From Parasitella parasitica NRRL 2501 (lineage: Eukaryota; Fungi; Mucoromycota), in NCBI GenBank assembly GCA_025201805.1, contig MU619310.1, forward strand, positions 2,767-66,766: DNA of 64,000 nt. The letters run 5' to 3'. Of the stretch, positions 1 through 15,984 are shown one piece after another (the stretch's first letter is position 1; each line of letters opens with the position of its first letter). A program made the position numbers and the translations under genes. The notes under the pieces were generated by a model. That model had not been told where the DNA came from, made no database searches, and saw only the letters and a list, made by a program, of their open reading frames with translations.

Positions 1-279
1 TATTAAGAGCAAGACGTAGACTCATAAATGGTAGAGCTGCCAAAAATAAAGACATTCGCATCTAGTAGAGGTAATGTACTTACTAATACACATAACATAT
101 AAATATCAAATCTACTTGGGTATTGTCGAATATATAGTGAAAGGTCACAAATGTTCGTGTATAAAAGCAAGAGAGAAACGTTTTTTTTTTCGTCTTTCGT
201 ATTATCTAAATTTTTTGAAATATGGTATTTGAATTGGTTTTCGCTCTTTTTATGGTTATTCGGATGGCTTAGTAGGTAA

Positions 280-2930
280 GACACGAATAGAGATCTATAG
301 GCAGAATGCTAATCCAACGAGAATAAAGCAGGTGGGCAATGAGGAATACCAGCTGTGATGAAACTTTTGTTTATATTTGACATGTTTTGATTGCACGAAC
401 GAAGGGACAGAGAAGATGAGAGACATGCGAGAGCAGAGCTCCATCATAGGCCCAAAACCAAGCCGATACTGGATGAATAAGTGCCTTTGGCGTGTCCCAT
501 GACGAGCTTCGCCATGATAAAGCGATCACAAACAACGCCCGTTTGAAACACATTGATGAGGAATGAGGCTCTTTTCGATTATTCGAGCGCTGAAAATGCG
601 GATGAATAACTCTGCAACTGTGTTGCTCAATATAAAGATCAAAGGCGACAGAAGAGGCCAAATTATTCGATAGCAGAATTTGATCGATGCGGAATTGAGA
701 ATCTTCATATTGGAAGGTAGTAAGTGGTGGTTTTCCTGGTGGTATAAACCCATTGAGAAAGTAATTATCAATATATCTTGGTCAAGACAGAGGAGCCCGA
801 CAATTTCGAGACAATAATGCATTTGAGTAATTGTGGTTGAAATTACTCAAAATGATTGAGCGTAAACAAGACCAAGAAAATACAAAGCTATAGCTTGTGA
901 GCTTGGCAGAAAAATGGCATACCATTCAGACTGGGAGGCAGCAAAGTACACGATCGTTATGATATAAAACAATTCAGATGCGTCAAAAGTATGTGTTATC
1001 ATAAGTACAAAGAGCATGCGTTTTTTCAAGTTAGAGCGAACCGAGAGAACGAGTCCTTAAAATATCGAATAAATTGACTAAGAGCGATAGACGCAGCTGT
1101 CTCCACTAGGTCTCAACAGTTGAGAGATCCAATGTTCAGTTTAACAAAATAGATGGTGTAGGATGCCACACTTTTCTGAGGTCCCCTGAGAAACTGCACG
1201 TTTCTTGCCAAATGGAGATAATGGATTTTCGTTGCGACGAAGACGTGCACGACATACGAAGCCAGGCTCTCCATTTATTTCGATAATGCTGTTATATCGC
1301 AACTACCTAATGAGAATATAAAGCTTCTGTCGTAGATAGCTCACTGTGCTATCAGATATAATAAATCTATTCTTTGGATTTCATACAAAAACTTTGAGGT
1401 AAAATATAAGGAATTNNNNNNNNNNNNNNNNNNNNNNNNNNNNNNNNNNNNNNNNNNNNNNNNNNNNNNNNNNNNNNNNNNNNNNNNNNNNNNNNNNNNN
1501 NNNNNNNNNNNNNNNNNNNNNNNNNNNNNNNNNNNNNNNNNNNNNNNNNNNNNNNNNNNNNNNNNNNNNNNNNNNNNNNNNNNNNNNNNNNNNNNNNNNN
1601 NNNNNNNNNNNNNNNNNNNNNNNNNNNNNNNNNNNNNNNNNNNNNNNNNNNNNNNNNNNNNNNNNNNNNNNNNNNNNNNNNNNNNNNNNNNNNNNNNNNN
1701 NNNNNNNNNNNNNNNNNNNNNNNNNNNNNNNNNNNNNNNNNNNNNNNNNNNNNNNNNNNNNNNNNNNNNNNNNNNNNNNNNNNNNNNNNNNNNNNNNNNN
1801 NNNNNNNNNNNNNNNNNNNNNNNNNNNNNNNNNNNNNNNNNNNNNNNNNNNNNNNNNNNNNNNNNNNNNNNNNNNNNNNNNNNNNNNNNNNNNNNNNNNN
1901 NNNNNNNNNNNNNNNNNNNNNNNNNNNNNNNNNNTATACGGTATTGTTTAGTATAAATCGCGAAATGTATACCATCACATGTGTATCAGTGCTAAATACT
2001 TGGTAGTCTTCATTACAACATACAGTAAATATTACTTGCAAAGCTTAGCTGTCGTGCTGCCAATCGCTTTCTCTGGCAGTCTTTATATTTTAGTCCACGC
2101 ATGACACTAGCAGTTTGATGGGACGCGAAAAAATGAAAATGACCTAGTGTGTGTGATTGAAATGAGAGCAGAGGGGGCAAGCAGGAGACAGAAAGAAGGC
2201 AGAAATAAAACAGTGTAATAGCAATTGGCAAGGAATTTTGTGACGGAGGATCAGTTGCCCTGGGCCAGCACAAAGAGCGATATGATTTTGTAGAGAATTC
2301 AGTTCAACGATGCCCAGTGCCGTTGGAAAAACATATATATTGATAAACGAAATAAACAATGTGGTATGGACCACAGTATGATCATCTACTGTCAGAAAGA
2401 TAATAGCTTGAGACAATTCAGTTTACCCAGTGCCAAGTACCATTTTGCAAAATTGAAATAAACAGAGAATTCAAAAGATTGCTTTATTGGACAAAGGCAG
2501 AGATCTTGATTAGTGTTCGTAATGTAGGACTGAGCAAGTAAGCCGTATTGGGATTAGATGAAGAAATCGTATCGATATTAGTAATATGGTCCATCTGTTC
2601 TTTATGGTGGATTTCTTTTGGAGAGCACAGTATACGAGAGCATAATCCATGGAATGACAGTATCTGCAATACGAGAGCATTGCAGCCCATGTTGCCAAAA
2701 CTAGAACAATACTCTGTATATCGAGCAATTTGCGAGAAAAATTTATTGGTTAGTAAGACCAATCCACGGCAGGTTGAAGTTTATCACGGCTTCATCCTCA
2801 ACGGCTAGTCTTCAATCACATCAGAGGCAAAGATATTCTTGTTGTCCAAAGCCTGAGATATGCCAATGCAGATAGAATGAGCAAGTTTAAGTGAAGTATC
2901 TGCTTGATTGAAATTTGGCAAGGTAAATAT
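280..2930 (-). mobile_element. Degenerate L1/Tx1-like non-LTR retrotransposon (ORF1 zinc knuckle plus ORF2 APE endonuclease remnants), split by an assembly gap
   Basis: Minus strand ~2640-2700 reads LATWAAMLSYCRYCHSMDYALVYC (decayed CX2CX4HX4C). Around 1070-1140 it reads KLNIGSLNC*DLVETAA..FIRYF (APE N-terminus, LNxGSLNCRGL type). Around 660-750 it reads PPGKPPLTTFQYEDSQFRIDQILLS (APE TF..RID motif). Many stops and frameshifts; boundaries approximate. Confidence 0.7.
1416..1934. other. Assembly gap (N-run); smaller gaps at ~15715, 34427, 39859, 46695 and 49377
   Basis: Runs of N in the sequence. Confidence 1.
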
Positions 2931-3689
2931 CAAGCAGTTTTCGGCTGCAGATTATTGAGTATTGAGCATAATAGATACAAGAGATATTCGCTTACACATA
3001 TATGGGCCACGTTTGGCTAAATCATTGAAACTTTGCTTTGCTACGGTAAATTTAGCCTTCAATAATAAAAATGTTTACAGTATAAAGCATCCCATGATTT
3101 GCTTATTGAATTGAATCAGTGGTTATAAATGATGAAGCACATGTGATATGAGCAACTGATTTTTTGTAAATTCCGATCCCTCGATATTGAATTGATCTTT
3201 CGTGAAACTATACTTTTTATCTCTCTCTCTCTCTCTTTTCTTGATACGATTACTTGAATACATGCATGGTGAAAAAATGGGAGTAAAAATTTTGGTCGGT
3301 AAGTTGTCTTTGGCTCGGGTGAAGCATTCAACAACAACACATTTAATGGCTTTTATCGTTTTAAACAGCAACAAGCATGCGCCGAGCTCAGCAAACATAA
3401 GATATCTTGGAGGCAATGACTAAAAATGATTTTGATCAACTAAAGAGATTGGCTAGACAGCCTGGAGGTTTTGTAAATGATAAGCTCAGGCAATATGTGT
3501 GGTAGGTTGGTAATATATTTACTACAAAAGCCTCAGACGTTTCAAAAGGCATTTACAAACTTGAATAGGCCGGTTCTATCGCATACACAGCATGGCAATT
3601 ATTTAGCAGAACGTGGTAGTGGTAAATAATGACTCCCTTTTTTTTATTCATTGTAGTGATTAGACAAAGTCTCAAAATGAATTTTCGTT

Positions 3690-4840
3690 AGAAAAAGGTC
3701 TGGCTGATCCGCTGTAAATATCTAAAGACGTTGAGAGATCATTGTACTACTATCCTCAAGGTTAGCTAATTGCATGTTGTTTAGATGCTATTGTTTGGAA
3801 ATATAACCAACTAACCAAGCAGAAAACACAAAGATGTGACTCCCATGTTTGAAGCGTACAAACAGCAAGAATTGAACTGCATGATAATAGAAATACTATG
3901 GAGAAATCCAGCACTCAAGTGCTGTCAAGTAAGTTTCCGGTTCTGCACGAGAGAAAGCCGCTAATATTGTGTGGTACTAGGGATTCCACGACATTTGCAC
4001 TTGTTTTTTGCTAGTTCTCGGTAAAAAGGCAACCATACCAGCAGCAGAAAATGATGCACTGTTCTTTATCCGGGATGCCATGCTGGATTCGTTCGATCCT
4101 GTCTCCAGACAACTACGGCTGATGAGTTCACTTATTGAATACGAAGATCCCGAACTAACATCATTTTTGGAAATGGCAAACGTCATGCCATATTATGCAC
4201 TGAGTTGAATCCTGACTTTGAGGCCTACGAGAAAGCCATTCGCTTGTTTGATCTATTCATTTCTAGCCAAGCCATTATGCCAGTGTACATAGCAAGCGCC
4301 GTAAGCTCTTAAATTCGATAGCGTAATTCCTGCTCGCTAATTGATTTCGTAGATAACATTATTACGCAGACATGAAATGTTAAAAGCAGAGCGAGATCTA
4401 GTTCATTCACTCATGACTCGGATTCCCCAAGATATGGATATTGAAAGAATTATAGAAAAGGCTGTTTTGTTGGAAGAAAAGTATTCCGTACTCCAGTTGC
4501 AAAAGCAGAGTGGGGTCTGGCTGCATAACGAGTAAAAGAATTTTGCACTATCATCAATGCTCTTTAATATCTTCATTCTTGTTTTTTTCCACTAGATCTG
4601 TGATAAACACATGGCAAAAGGGCTGGGGAAGGCTATGATGGGGGCAGGTGCCAGATCAATCTCAGCCGACGAGATGTCAAGGTCCTTCAATTTCTCGGTT
4701 GCGGTGGACATCGTGGCACCCATCATGTTGACAGATGCATCATTGGAAACAGTGGGAGAGCTGATATTGGTAAGTTCTTCAGGTCTTGGAGACGAGACAG
4801 GCGAAGAGGTAGTTGACATAGTTGCTTGCAGAGATCAATG
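3690..4840 (+). pseudogene. Rab-GAP TBC-domain (GYP8/TBC1D20-like) pseudogene, 5'-truncated, introns retained
   Basis: Exon-like pieces read ISKDVERSLYYYPQ, GFHDICTCFLLVLG...FFIRDAMLDSF...MPYYALS*ILT and AIRLFDLFISSQAIMPVYIASA. In-frame stops at 3715-3717 and 4206-4208, and a frameshift where the WFxHD motif should be. GT-AG introns separate the pieces. Confidence 0.85.
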
Positions 4841-6029
4841 ATTGAAATAAACTGTAAAAAATGTAGTAAAAAGTGTAAAAACAACAATAGATGCAATTTA
4901 ATTCCTTCTTTATTTTTGAAATAGGATAACGTGCAAAGGTTAGACATTTCTACTTTATTTATATTCGTTGTGGTAAACGGTCTGCCTGTCAGTTACGCCA
5001 TAACTGTCAGTCAAGTTTTTCTGTTTCTGACACATTTGTAAATGACATGCATGGACCAGTCCTTACATTGGTCTATGCGTTCCAAATGTGGTTTGTGGTT
5101 CGATTTCTTTTAGTTGGTTCTTAATTGATTATAAATGCTTCGCGGTTTTACGGTTAGATATTTAGGTAATCTGTTTATTAGCTTGATTTGGAATCTCTAA
5201 GGTAGCTCCGTAAGAGACGACATTCAATTATCTTTTGTGGGAAGTTCTATCACTTCAGCACAACCACCACGTATGCATCACTGTATTGATTAAACCATGC
5301 ACTATGTAGATCATTCATAGAATTGGCATGTATGTCCATGGACCAACCAGGTATTAATTCCTTGTACTTTAACATGAAAGTGGAAAACCTTGAATTTCTG
5401 TTGTGTGTTCAGGCCGTAAAGGCTGAGCGATGTGGGTTGCTGGGTTGGTGTTGTGCCTGAGATCTAACATGGGTATTCTCGCAATTATGCAAAGGATTAT
5501 ACCGTGATTACACTCATTAGAAACCCTTTATACCACAAGGCTATTATACTCTTTCTCAAGACCACTATCCTTCCTGTCTCTCTCTCTGGTAATAACTGGT
5601 TTCCGATTCCTTGTACTAGCACCACATGGCTGGTAGTTGGTTTTGTCTGGTGCAAGCTTATTAAGCCTCGATTCCACAATCATGTAACCGATGTCAGTAC
5701 TTGAAAAGAATAAATAGTCTAGGCAAATGTCGTGAATAGAAGAATCATCTTATTTTATATACGAATAAATATATCCAGTTTAATTGTATATCTATTTCGT
5801 ATATTTAAACATTGTAATTTTAATATTCTTTGAGATCTATAAAAATCTCACAAAATTATTGAATTTTATATCCCGCACTTTAATTTTTCTTCCAGAAGAC
5901 ATAAATGATTTTGGCCGTTTAAGCCAAGCATGCAAATCGTTTAAAAAAAAATGGAGGTACGTTTTTACTCACTATAATCCAATCAAACTTTTATTTATTT
6001 TCTTTACAGATCTTGATTCAAGCCACTAT

Positions 6030-6603
6030 CAATGCCTAGGGTCATCTATAGGAGAGCCTTCCATGAGAGCAGCTTTCTTGAGAGCTCGAGCAGGATCTAG
6101 GCTTGAAGGGCTAGGAGGAGGGACGGGTGAGCCGTGCATGTCAATATCTCGAGAGTTGGGCTTGAGAGCTTCAACATCCGTAGTAGTTTTAGTATGGATA
6201 TTTTTGTTCTTTTTTGCATCTGCCTCGTGAGATGCCTTGTCAGAGGAATTGATATTTGGAGGATGGCTAGGGCGCACAGCAATATGTGACCTGGTCTGAG
6301 TAATAGTGGATACAGTGGGTACCTTTTTCGTAGTGGAGGTACTTTTTGCTCAATTCAACAGATTCCTTTGTTGCCTTGTGAGGTTTCTGGGCTGCTGACA
6401 GGTTGGCAATCACTCGTATCTTGGCGTGAGTGAGTTCAATAGAGCCACTACGCATCATATGACCCGTTTCATTGCAATAATAGTAACGGATCTACTTTTT
6501 GTAGTCTGGGCAGACAGCTTGACAGTGCTCAGTACTTTGACGATTACGACAAAAGTCGACCATCTCGTCCGATTGCAGCAACACTTTTCGCTGCTCGCCA
6601 TTA
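6030..6603 (-). mobile_element. LINE ORF1 (gag-like, double zinc knuckle) fragment
   Basis: Minus strand reads NGEQRKVLLQSDEMVDFCRNRQSTEHCQAVCPDYKK*IRYYYCNETGHMMRSG, i.e. two decayed CCHC knuckles followed by a low-complexity tail. It is truncated at the poly-C run ~6606-6628. Confidence 0.7.
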
Positions 6604-7286
6604 CACCCCCCCCCCCCCCCCCGCCCCCATCAAAACGAAGTTAGAAAAAAATCACCTTGGCGAAACGAGGCCTATGTTTTTTAAGCGTAGTTTGGGGGAC
6701 AGCTCGTTTTTATTTTAAATTAAATGAGGCGCCAATAAGCGACAAAGAGAGACTCGTCTCCCTGTTATACCAAGTCTCAAAATTCTCTTGGATGCCGTGT
6801 GTTTGATTACAGTCAAGTTCATCAGAACGCTCATATACTGAAATTTTGAGCAATTTTAATGTAGCACTATTAAATTGTACGGTGAAACAGAAATATGATC
6901 TAGCCTGCCAACATTTCACGTTATTGTATATAAATACTTGGATGTCACGTACGCAATCCTGTTACAGTCTTATTTTATACAGAGTATGCCTTGCGTGCAT
7001 ATGGTTTGCTTTGTTGAGGCCTCGGATTCTATGGATCTGTACACTGGCACTAGATGGTTTTTAAAGAACTCCTGAAAGCACCCCTCACCTTCAGCTCGTT
7101 TTAACGCTATTTTTTGTTATGGGGTAGGACAACGCTAATCGATGAGAGCACAAACTACTCGAGAACTTTGATCTGGATACAATATTATCAAGGCTGATCT
7201 TTTCTTTTTTCTTTTTTCTTTTTGTTCTTTTTGCTCATATTTTGGTGCTCTAGTTCATAGCATCTATTTCATTACTGAATAGATAC

Positions 7287-9495
7287 ATGATGCAAGCTAC
7301 GTTATTACTAATCTCTCTGGCGGTTATTGCTGTCACTGCAGAGCAGCCATTTACCAGATACAATTCTGGTATGTGAACAACTTTTTACTCAATATATAGC
7401 AAACTATAGTAAAACATACTGCAGGATGTCAGTTACTGTTGAACAGTACTCGAATTTACTGCTATTCAGGTGGATATGCAAAGGTTTTAAATCAAGAAAT
7501 TACACCGCTTTCAGACCACTACTACTTGGATGTCTCCAAAGATATGGTTGTAGCTAGCAGCCGAACAGCCTGGACGAAAATCGCTGCTCCCAACAATTTT
7601 GCCACAGAAGCAACCACGGCTTATGTCAGTGTCAAATTATCAGACACGTCCGTCTTAATTAATGGCGGTACTGGCATCAACAATGGGAAAGATTATATGA
7701 AAAATCAAACGGTTATTTATCACGCTGACACTAACCAGTGGGAAACAGTTTCGAATACTTCATCCATACCACAAACGTAAGTAAGATTGGAATACTTGCT
7801 ACACATTGAAATGTCTTTCTGAACAAGAGCGATGTTACAATACTTGTAAATATAGTTACTATGGATCAGGAGCGCTTGGTACAGATAATACTGTTGTATT
7901 CTGGGGAGGCGGGGCGTAAGTCTACACAGCATAAATTTAACAACTTTGAAATCTCATTGCCTCATAGAGTTATCGGCGATCTACTTTCCACATACAACGG
8001 CACAGCAAAGCTTCACATTGCTACACGGGTACATGCAAAATATTTTCTGCTTTGAAGCTTGCTTCTAACAACTAATCTTATCAATAGAACGCTCAATGGA
8101 GTCTCCAGCCTACGTCTGTAGCATCGGGAAACTCTCGTTATGGACATACAGCTACAACTGATCAATCCGGCAGACTGATTTACTATTTTGGTGGTCGTGA
8201 TATTATACGGGATCCAACCACTGGCGCTTACACTCGTCCTTACACTGCATTTACCAATGTAATGATTTACCACACCGACACATCAATCTGGGCTCAGAAG
8301 ACAGCATCATCAACTAGCCCACCGTCAAATAGAATGTCCCATACAGCTACTTTGAGTGAGTTATTATTTTTTTAGTTGATAGATTGAGTATGGCATTGAC
8401 GGCTCAACGTTAGTTCCCAGCACTGGGAATTTCATCATCTACGGTGGAGCCAGTCCTGATAGCATTGGGAGTAGGTATTTTGGATTTATAACACAATCAA
8501 GTAGAGCTGTAATCTCATGTGTATTGTTTAAAAAATAGACCGTGTTCCTAGCAGCGATTACCTTCACTTGTACAATCCAACTGCAAACACATTTCAACCC
8601 ATTAGCATCCCCTCCAATTCAGCGAGTGGAGCCGGTGCACGATTTGGACATTCAGGTACGTACTCCTATTGCAGGTTATGCAAATAAATTGCGTTTTATT
8701 GATCTGTGTCTGTAGCTGTTTTAAGTAACAATTCGTTGTTTATTCTCTTTGGTATTGATAGTACATTGCTGGCAACATCCGACTTTTACGTCTTGAATAC
8801 GGATACTTACTCTTGGGAGACAACTTATCATGCAGACGGCACACAATCTTCAATTGATGGTACTAATAACAGTGCCAACTCAACTTTGGTTACTAATATT
8901 CCGTCCTCTAAAGATAAGCAAGATGCTGGATCCCAAGATAGGGGCCTCTCAAAAGGAGGGATTGCGGGTGTTGTGGTTGGTATCGTAGCAGCGGTATGTC
9001 ACTATTTTACGTCTATATAAACTTGAATAGAAATGAAACCCAAGCTAATACTCTGAACAGATTGGCGTAGCTGCAGCAGTTCTGCTTTTCAGGCATCAAA
9101 AGCAGAAAAAGGCAAAAGACACATATCCAAACTATTGGGATGTCACGTCGATCAAAGATGAAAAAGAAAAAGAAAACATGCCAGCTGGCTCCAGTCAACC
9201 AGTTGACATTACACAGCTGCCAGGCAATACTACTTGCCGAACGGGTGATCCTGCCAACTTGATAAACGATCGTGATGTAAATCCACCTTCATCTCCACCC
9301 AAAGTTTTGTTAACTGGCGTTGATGCTGCTGCTGCTAACAAGGACGGCTCTTCTGGTGTCGACTCCGGCAGCACATGCATTACTAAGGATAATGCCAAAA
9401 AGGTGTGGCCACCGGATGCTCATAGTAGGTCTCCCATCGTAACACCCTCTGCTGGCTCCGGATATGAAAAGCCTGATGTCGGAAACCAAGATTAA
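7287..9495 (+). CDS. Kelch/galactose-oxidase-type beta-propeller single-pass membrane protein (multi-exon)
   Basis: Signal peptide MMQATLLLISLAVIAVTA. Spliced exons give kelch motifs IYCYSGG, RYGHTAT...IYYFGG, RMSHTATL, IIYGG, RFGHS and LFILFG. TM helix GGIAGVVVGIVAA/IGVAAAVLLF is followed by basic residues. Stop at 9495. Confidence 0.85.
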
Positions 9496-9774
9496 TAGCA
9501 TTTCAATCCTCTACACATCAGCAAACAAGGGCTTTGTTCCTGAGTAAAAAAATAAATCCTTCCACATGGTGGTTTCCATAGGAGATGGCCATAAAATAAA
9601 CAAAGTATGCTGCGAGTTTGTCATAATCTTTTACAAAATATGCATATAAAAGTAGTGGATAAATTCCTATCCGAGGTTGCCCAAGGCATGTGTTTTTAAA
9701 TATGGGCCAATTCGTATTATCATGCTCTTTTCTCTTTTTCCCTTTTTTTTTTCCCACCAGATATAGACTCTAAA

Positions 9775-10728
9775 ATGACAGAAGTGCTTGCTGTTATTCC
9801 TAAATTCACTCAATTAAGCAGGCGTGTTTGGAGAGTCCTCGGACTGAACCCAGGCAAGTTCACGCTACAAGGCACCAACACATATTTACTGGGAGCAGGC
9901 GCTCAAAAGATTTTGCTGGATTGTGGAGAAGGCAAGCCTGATTATTTGGCACACCTCGAGATTTGTTTGCAAGATATTCAACCCGACGCATACATTTCAG
10001 ATATTATCATCAGCCATGGACACAGCGACCATTGGGGAGGGCTCAAAGATATTCTTGGCTCATCCACGCTGAATCCAAACAAGCGGATTCAGGTACACAA
10101 GTTCAATGTCCCACACGGCTGCCTTGTGGATCATATGGACCGATTTCCCAATGATATCAATGTGAATTCTCTGGTGGATAATCAGATATTCAAGGCTGAG
10201 GACACCACACTGCGGGTTATCTACACGCCAGGCCATACCAAAGACCACTGCACCTTTTGGCTGGAAGAGGAGCAAAGCATTTTCACTGCAGATTGTGTGC
10301 TGGGGCAAGGCACGGCAGTGTTTGACGATTTGTCAGAATATATTGCAGGGCTCGAACGCCTGCTTACCTATCAGCCCAAACAACTGTACCCAGGCCATGG
10401 GCCTGTTGTCGAAGAGGGAACTGCCAAAATCCAAGAGTATGTCAAACACCGCCTCGAAAGAGAGAGCCAAGTGGTTCAGTTGCTGACCAAAGAAGGCGCA
10501 TTGGAGCAAGGATGGACGCCTATGGAAATCGTAGAAACACTGTACAAGGGATATCCCGAATCTCTGTATCTGCCTGCTGCTCGTGGCATTGTGCTCCATC
10601 TGCACAAATTAAACAAGGATGGAAAAGCAGAGACGCTTGAAAACCATGCGTTTATTCCAGACAACTACGACAAAATTGTGAATGCCAAGTGGTATTGGCT
10701 TCCCAAAGCTGGCAAAAATAGTTTATAG
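9775..10728 (+). CDS. LACTB2: Metallo-beta-lactamase fold endoribonuclease, LACTB2-like
   Basis: 317 aa single ORF with LGLNPGKFTLQGTNTYL, HGHSDH (HxHxDH), TPGHTKDH, ADCVLG, YPGHG and a winged-helix-like C-terminus. Confidence 0.92.
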   Translation: MTEVLAVIPKFTQLSRRVWRVLGLNPGKFTLQGTNTYLLGAGAQKILLDCGEGKPDYLAHLEICLQDIQPDAYISDIIISHGHSDHWGGLKDILGSSTLNPNKRIQVHKFNVPHGCLVDHMDRFPNDINVNSLVDNQIFKAEDTTLRVIYTPGHTKDHCTFWLEEEQSIFTADCVLGQGTAVFDDLSEYIAGLERLLTYQPKQLYPGHGPVVEEGTAKIQEYVKHRLERESQVVQLLTKEGALEQGWTPMEIVETLYKGYPESLYLPAARGIVLHLHKLNKDGKAETLENHAFIPDNYDKIVNAKWYWLPKAGKNSL

Positions 10729-10753
10729 TAATAAAAATAAACCGTAGACAAGT

Positions 10754-12720
10754 TTATTCAGTTTTTAGCATGTAAACATGAATCCTTTCGTTTGCTGCAC
10801 AGCTCCAGAATATGGATTTGAACGCAAGCTTGTTCTTTTTGCCTTGCCGTGGCATGGATTCGTCACATCTGCCGAGAAATTTGACAGGTACACCGTGCAT
10901 AACTCGCTGTACTGTGTGTGCTGTATTAATGCTGATTATCTCTACCGTCTCTGAGCCAAATCCGACTGCACACCAATCATTGATGTTGGTGTCCAATTGA
11001 ATGAATTCTATGTGTGCTGGCACTTCAGACCATCGATACACCTGCGTCGAGAACAGAGATCCTGTCAGGTCTATAATGTAGCTCTGTTTTCCCAGCGTTG
11101 CAAAGAACAGTTGAGGAGCAGCAGCAGACGGCAGCGCTACTGGATCAGGCGGGGCATGCGAGGGTAAAGATGTGACGACTGTGGAATAGGACGGAGGTAT
11201 CGAGTATTCGGTTGTGAGCGTAGTGGCTGGAAGAGCGTCAGGGTAAAATGGAAGCTGTACAAGAAAAGTCCATTGGATGGGTGGAGCAGAGAGACTGGCC
11301 GGCAGTGACGGAAAGGGTGAGAAAGTGGCATTGGTGGTATCGTGCGTATCGGTTGTCTGTTGATGTCTCAGAAACAGCAAAGACGGCGTTGAAATAGAGG
11401 TGGGTATAGGTGAATTAGCAGGAGACTTTGCACAGCCCAACTGATGCTCGTATTGATCTCTCACCCAGGTGGTCTGATAAATGCGCTCAAGCGTTGGATC
11501 AATAGGCACCGTCTGCACTTTAGAATCTCGCAGCTCAATAGCAGTGGCCTCGCTTGAAAAGACTGCAATGATGTGGCGCAAGGTGCTGCGATCGTCTGCA
11601 AACGAGATGGCTTTTGCGTCCGCTGGAATCCAAAACACCTTGAGTCGATAAAACGGTCGTAGCGGGTGATCTCGCTTTCGCTGCCATAGCACAATTTTGT
11701 CTCGATGTCGGATGGCAGCAAATACGTACGTGCTTGTTTGGTACGTCTGTATGCTCAATGCATCGCGAGAGTCTGGAAGTTTATAATACAAATCTTGGAG
11801 AATGACTTTGTTGTAGGTATAGTAAGGCTTTGTCAAACCAGCAGGACTCAAGATCAGCTGATCCTCATTTATCGATGCGCTTGCACTGTTTGCGTTCATT
11901 GTGGCAGTGGCAGCGGCAGCAGCAGCAGCAGCAGCAGTGCCAGTGACAGTGCTGGATTTCTCGTCTTTAATCTTGGCCAAACGTTCCTTTAGGTTTAATA
12001 TAGAATGTGTATTGTTGGCAGGTGTAGCGTTGGTACAGGCAGCGGCGGTGTCGTCAATGATGGTGGAGTTCAGTGTAGTGTCTTCGGGTAATTTACCTGT
12101 TTGTGTAGCAACGTACTCCCACTGTTGAAACGTAGGCACATTGTATGAAACGTCGCGTCTCTTGTCCCAATCCAGATTCAATACCGCATAGATGAGCCTC
12201 AGTAGGGCGTCGTATGAATAGCATCGTACTTGTTTGTATCTGCCAGCCAAAATCAGCACCAAGCGACATGATTCCACGACCACCATTTTCCTTGCTTTTA
12301 CCCATATGATTGTCTTTGGCTTCTTTTCCATCTGCTGCAAATCTAATAACTGCAAGCCTTCGTGATATCCCAACAGCAAAAACCGATCCTCTAGAACGCA
12401 GCTGCACTCGTAAGGCGTGGATTGCCAGCTATCTGCACTCGAAGCGATCATTTTCAGTTGCAGCGAAGACACATTTGGAGGAGCCTTTATCGTGTTAGCA
12501 TAGTGCTTCTGCGCCCCCTGACTATCATCCTTACCTGCTGCGCTATTTGTTCTACTGAGCTGCTCGTATTAGACAGACGAGGAGAGGATGACGCCGACGT
12601 AGAGCAGGGCAAAGAGTCATTGTGGTCGTTGAGAGAGTAAGGTGGGGGAGGCGCTTGTGAGGAGCGAGGCAGCGCTGCGTTTACAGTAGCAGCAGTGGCA
12701 GCCATTCTTTCATTTGTCAT
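10754..12720 (-). CDS. CNH (citron homology)-like domain protein, two exons
   Basis: Exon 1 is 12720-~12535 (MTNERM..PPPPY..IAQQ|gtaagg); the intron ends ~12485 and joins the 572 aa ORF. The pattern FLLLGYHEGL..LVLILAGRYKQVRCYSYDAL resembles the CNH N-terminus of MAP4K/NIK-type proteins. Confidence 0.7.
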
Positions 12721-12792
12721 GTATATCCGAGAGGGGGAGAAAGAAAGACAAAAGGGGATTCGAATCTTGAAAAAAAACGTTCAATTAAATAT

Positions 12793-12796
<4 letters not shown>

Positions 12797-12880
<84 letters not shown>
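12797..12880 (+). repeat. Poly(T) homopolymer, 84 nt
   Basis: Uninterrupted T-run between the DDX42 3' end and the CNH gene start. Confidence 0.95.
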
Positions 12881-12881
<1 letters not shown>

Positions 12882-13056
12882 TTTAGTCAGGCACAGTGTA
12901 CTATTTTTATCAAACCGCACAGCAAAATACATTGATTGCGCTATCAATTCACACTAAACCACTCTTCAGTTTATTTCATTAATAAGAAAAAAAAAAGAAA
13001 AAAAAAAGCATAACCAAAAATCACTCTATGCTTATGGTGGGACAAATCGTATTAAT

Positions 13057-15698
<2,642 letters not shown>

Positions 15699-15984
15699 TT
15701 TGTTGGAAAAAAAANNNNNNNNNNAAAAAAAAAAAAAAAAAAGGTTACCTGGTAAGTTTTGTTCGTTTTTAAATGGCGATTGCCAGAAAATAATGGTGGT
15801 AAATCTAGAAATGATTGGCGAAATAGGAACTGTAATTATGCTTGAATCTTGTTGAAGTTTTGTTTTGAGCGAATTCAGAGATATATAAAGGACAATAAAG
15901 GCATTATCTATGCTATCAATTGGTTTAAGTTCGGTCAGAAAAATTTTAAAGAAGGGTGGCAAATATATAAGGACGGCCCTCGTC

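Noticed and set aside
1367-2041. 224 aa ORF
   Set aside because: Artefact of translating through the N-gap.
4980-6020. Possible decayed coding fragments, including a GT-AG intron-like segment at ~5957-6008
   Set aside because: No recognisable motif; cannot be assigned by eye.
12695-12947. Poly-Phe / poly-Lys ORFs, and the 84-nt poly(T) as a retrocopy tail
   Set aside because: Homopolymer translation. No TSD or retroposed body is seen, and long A/T runs are common here and may be length-inflated by assembly.
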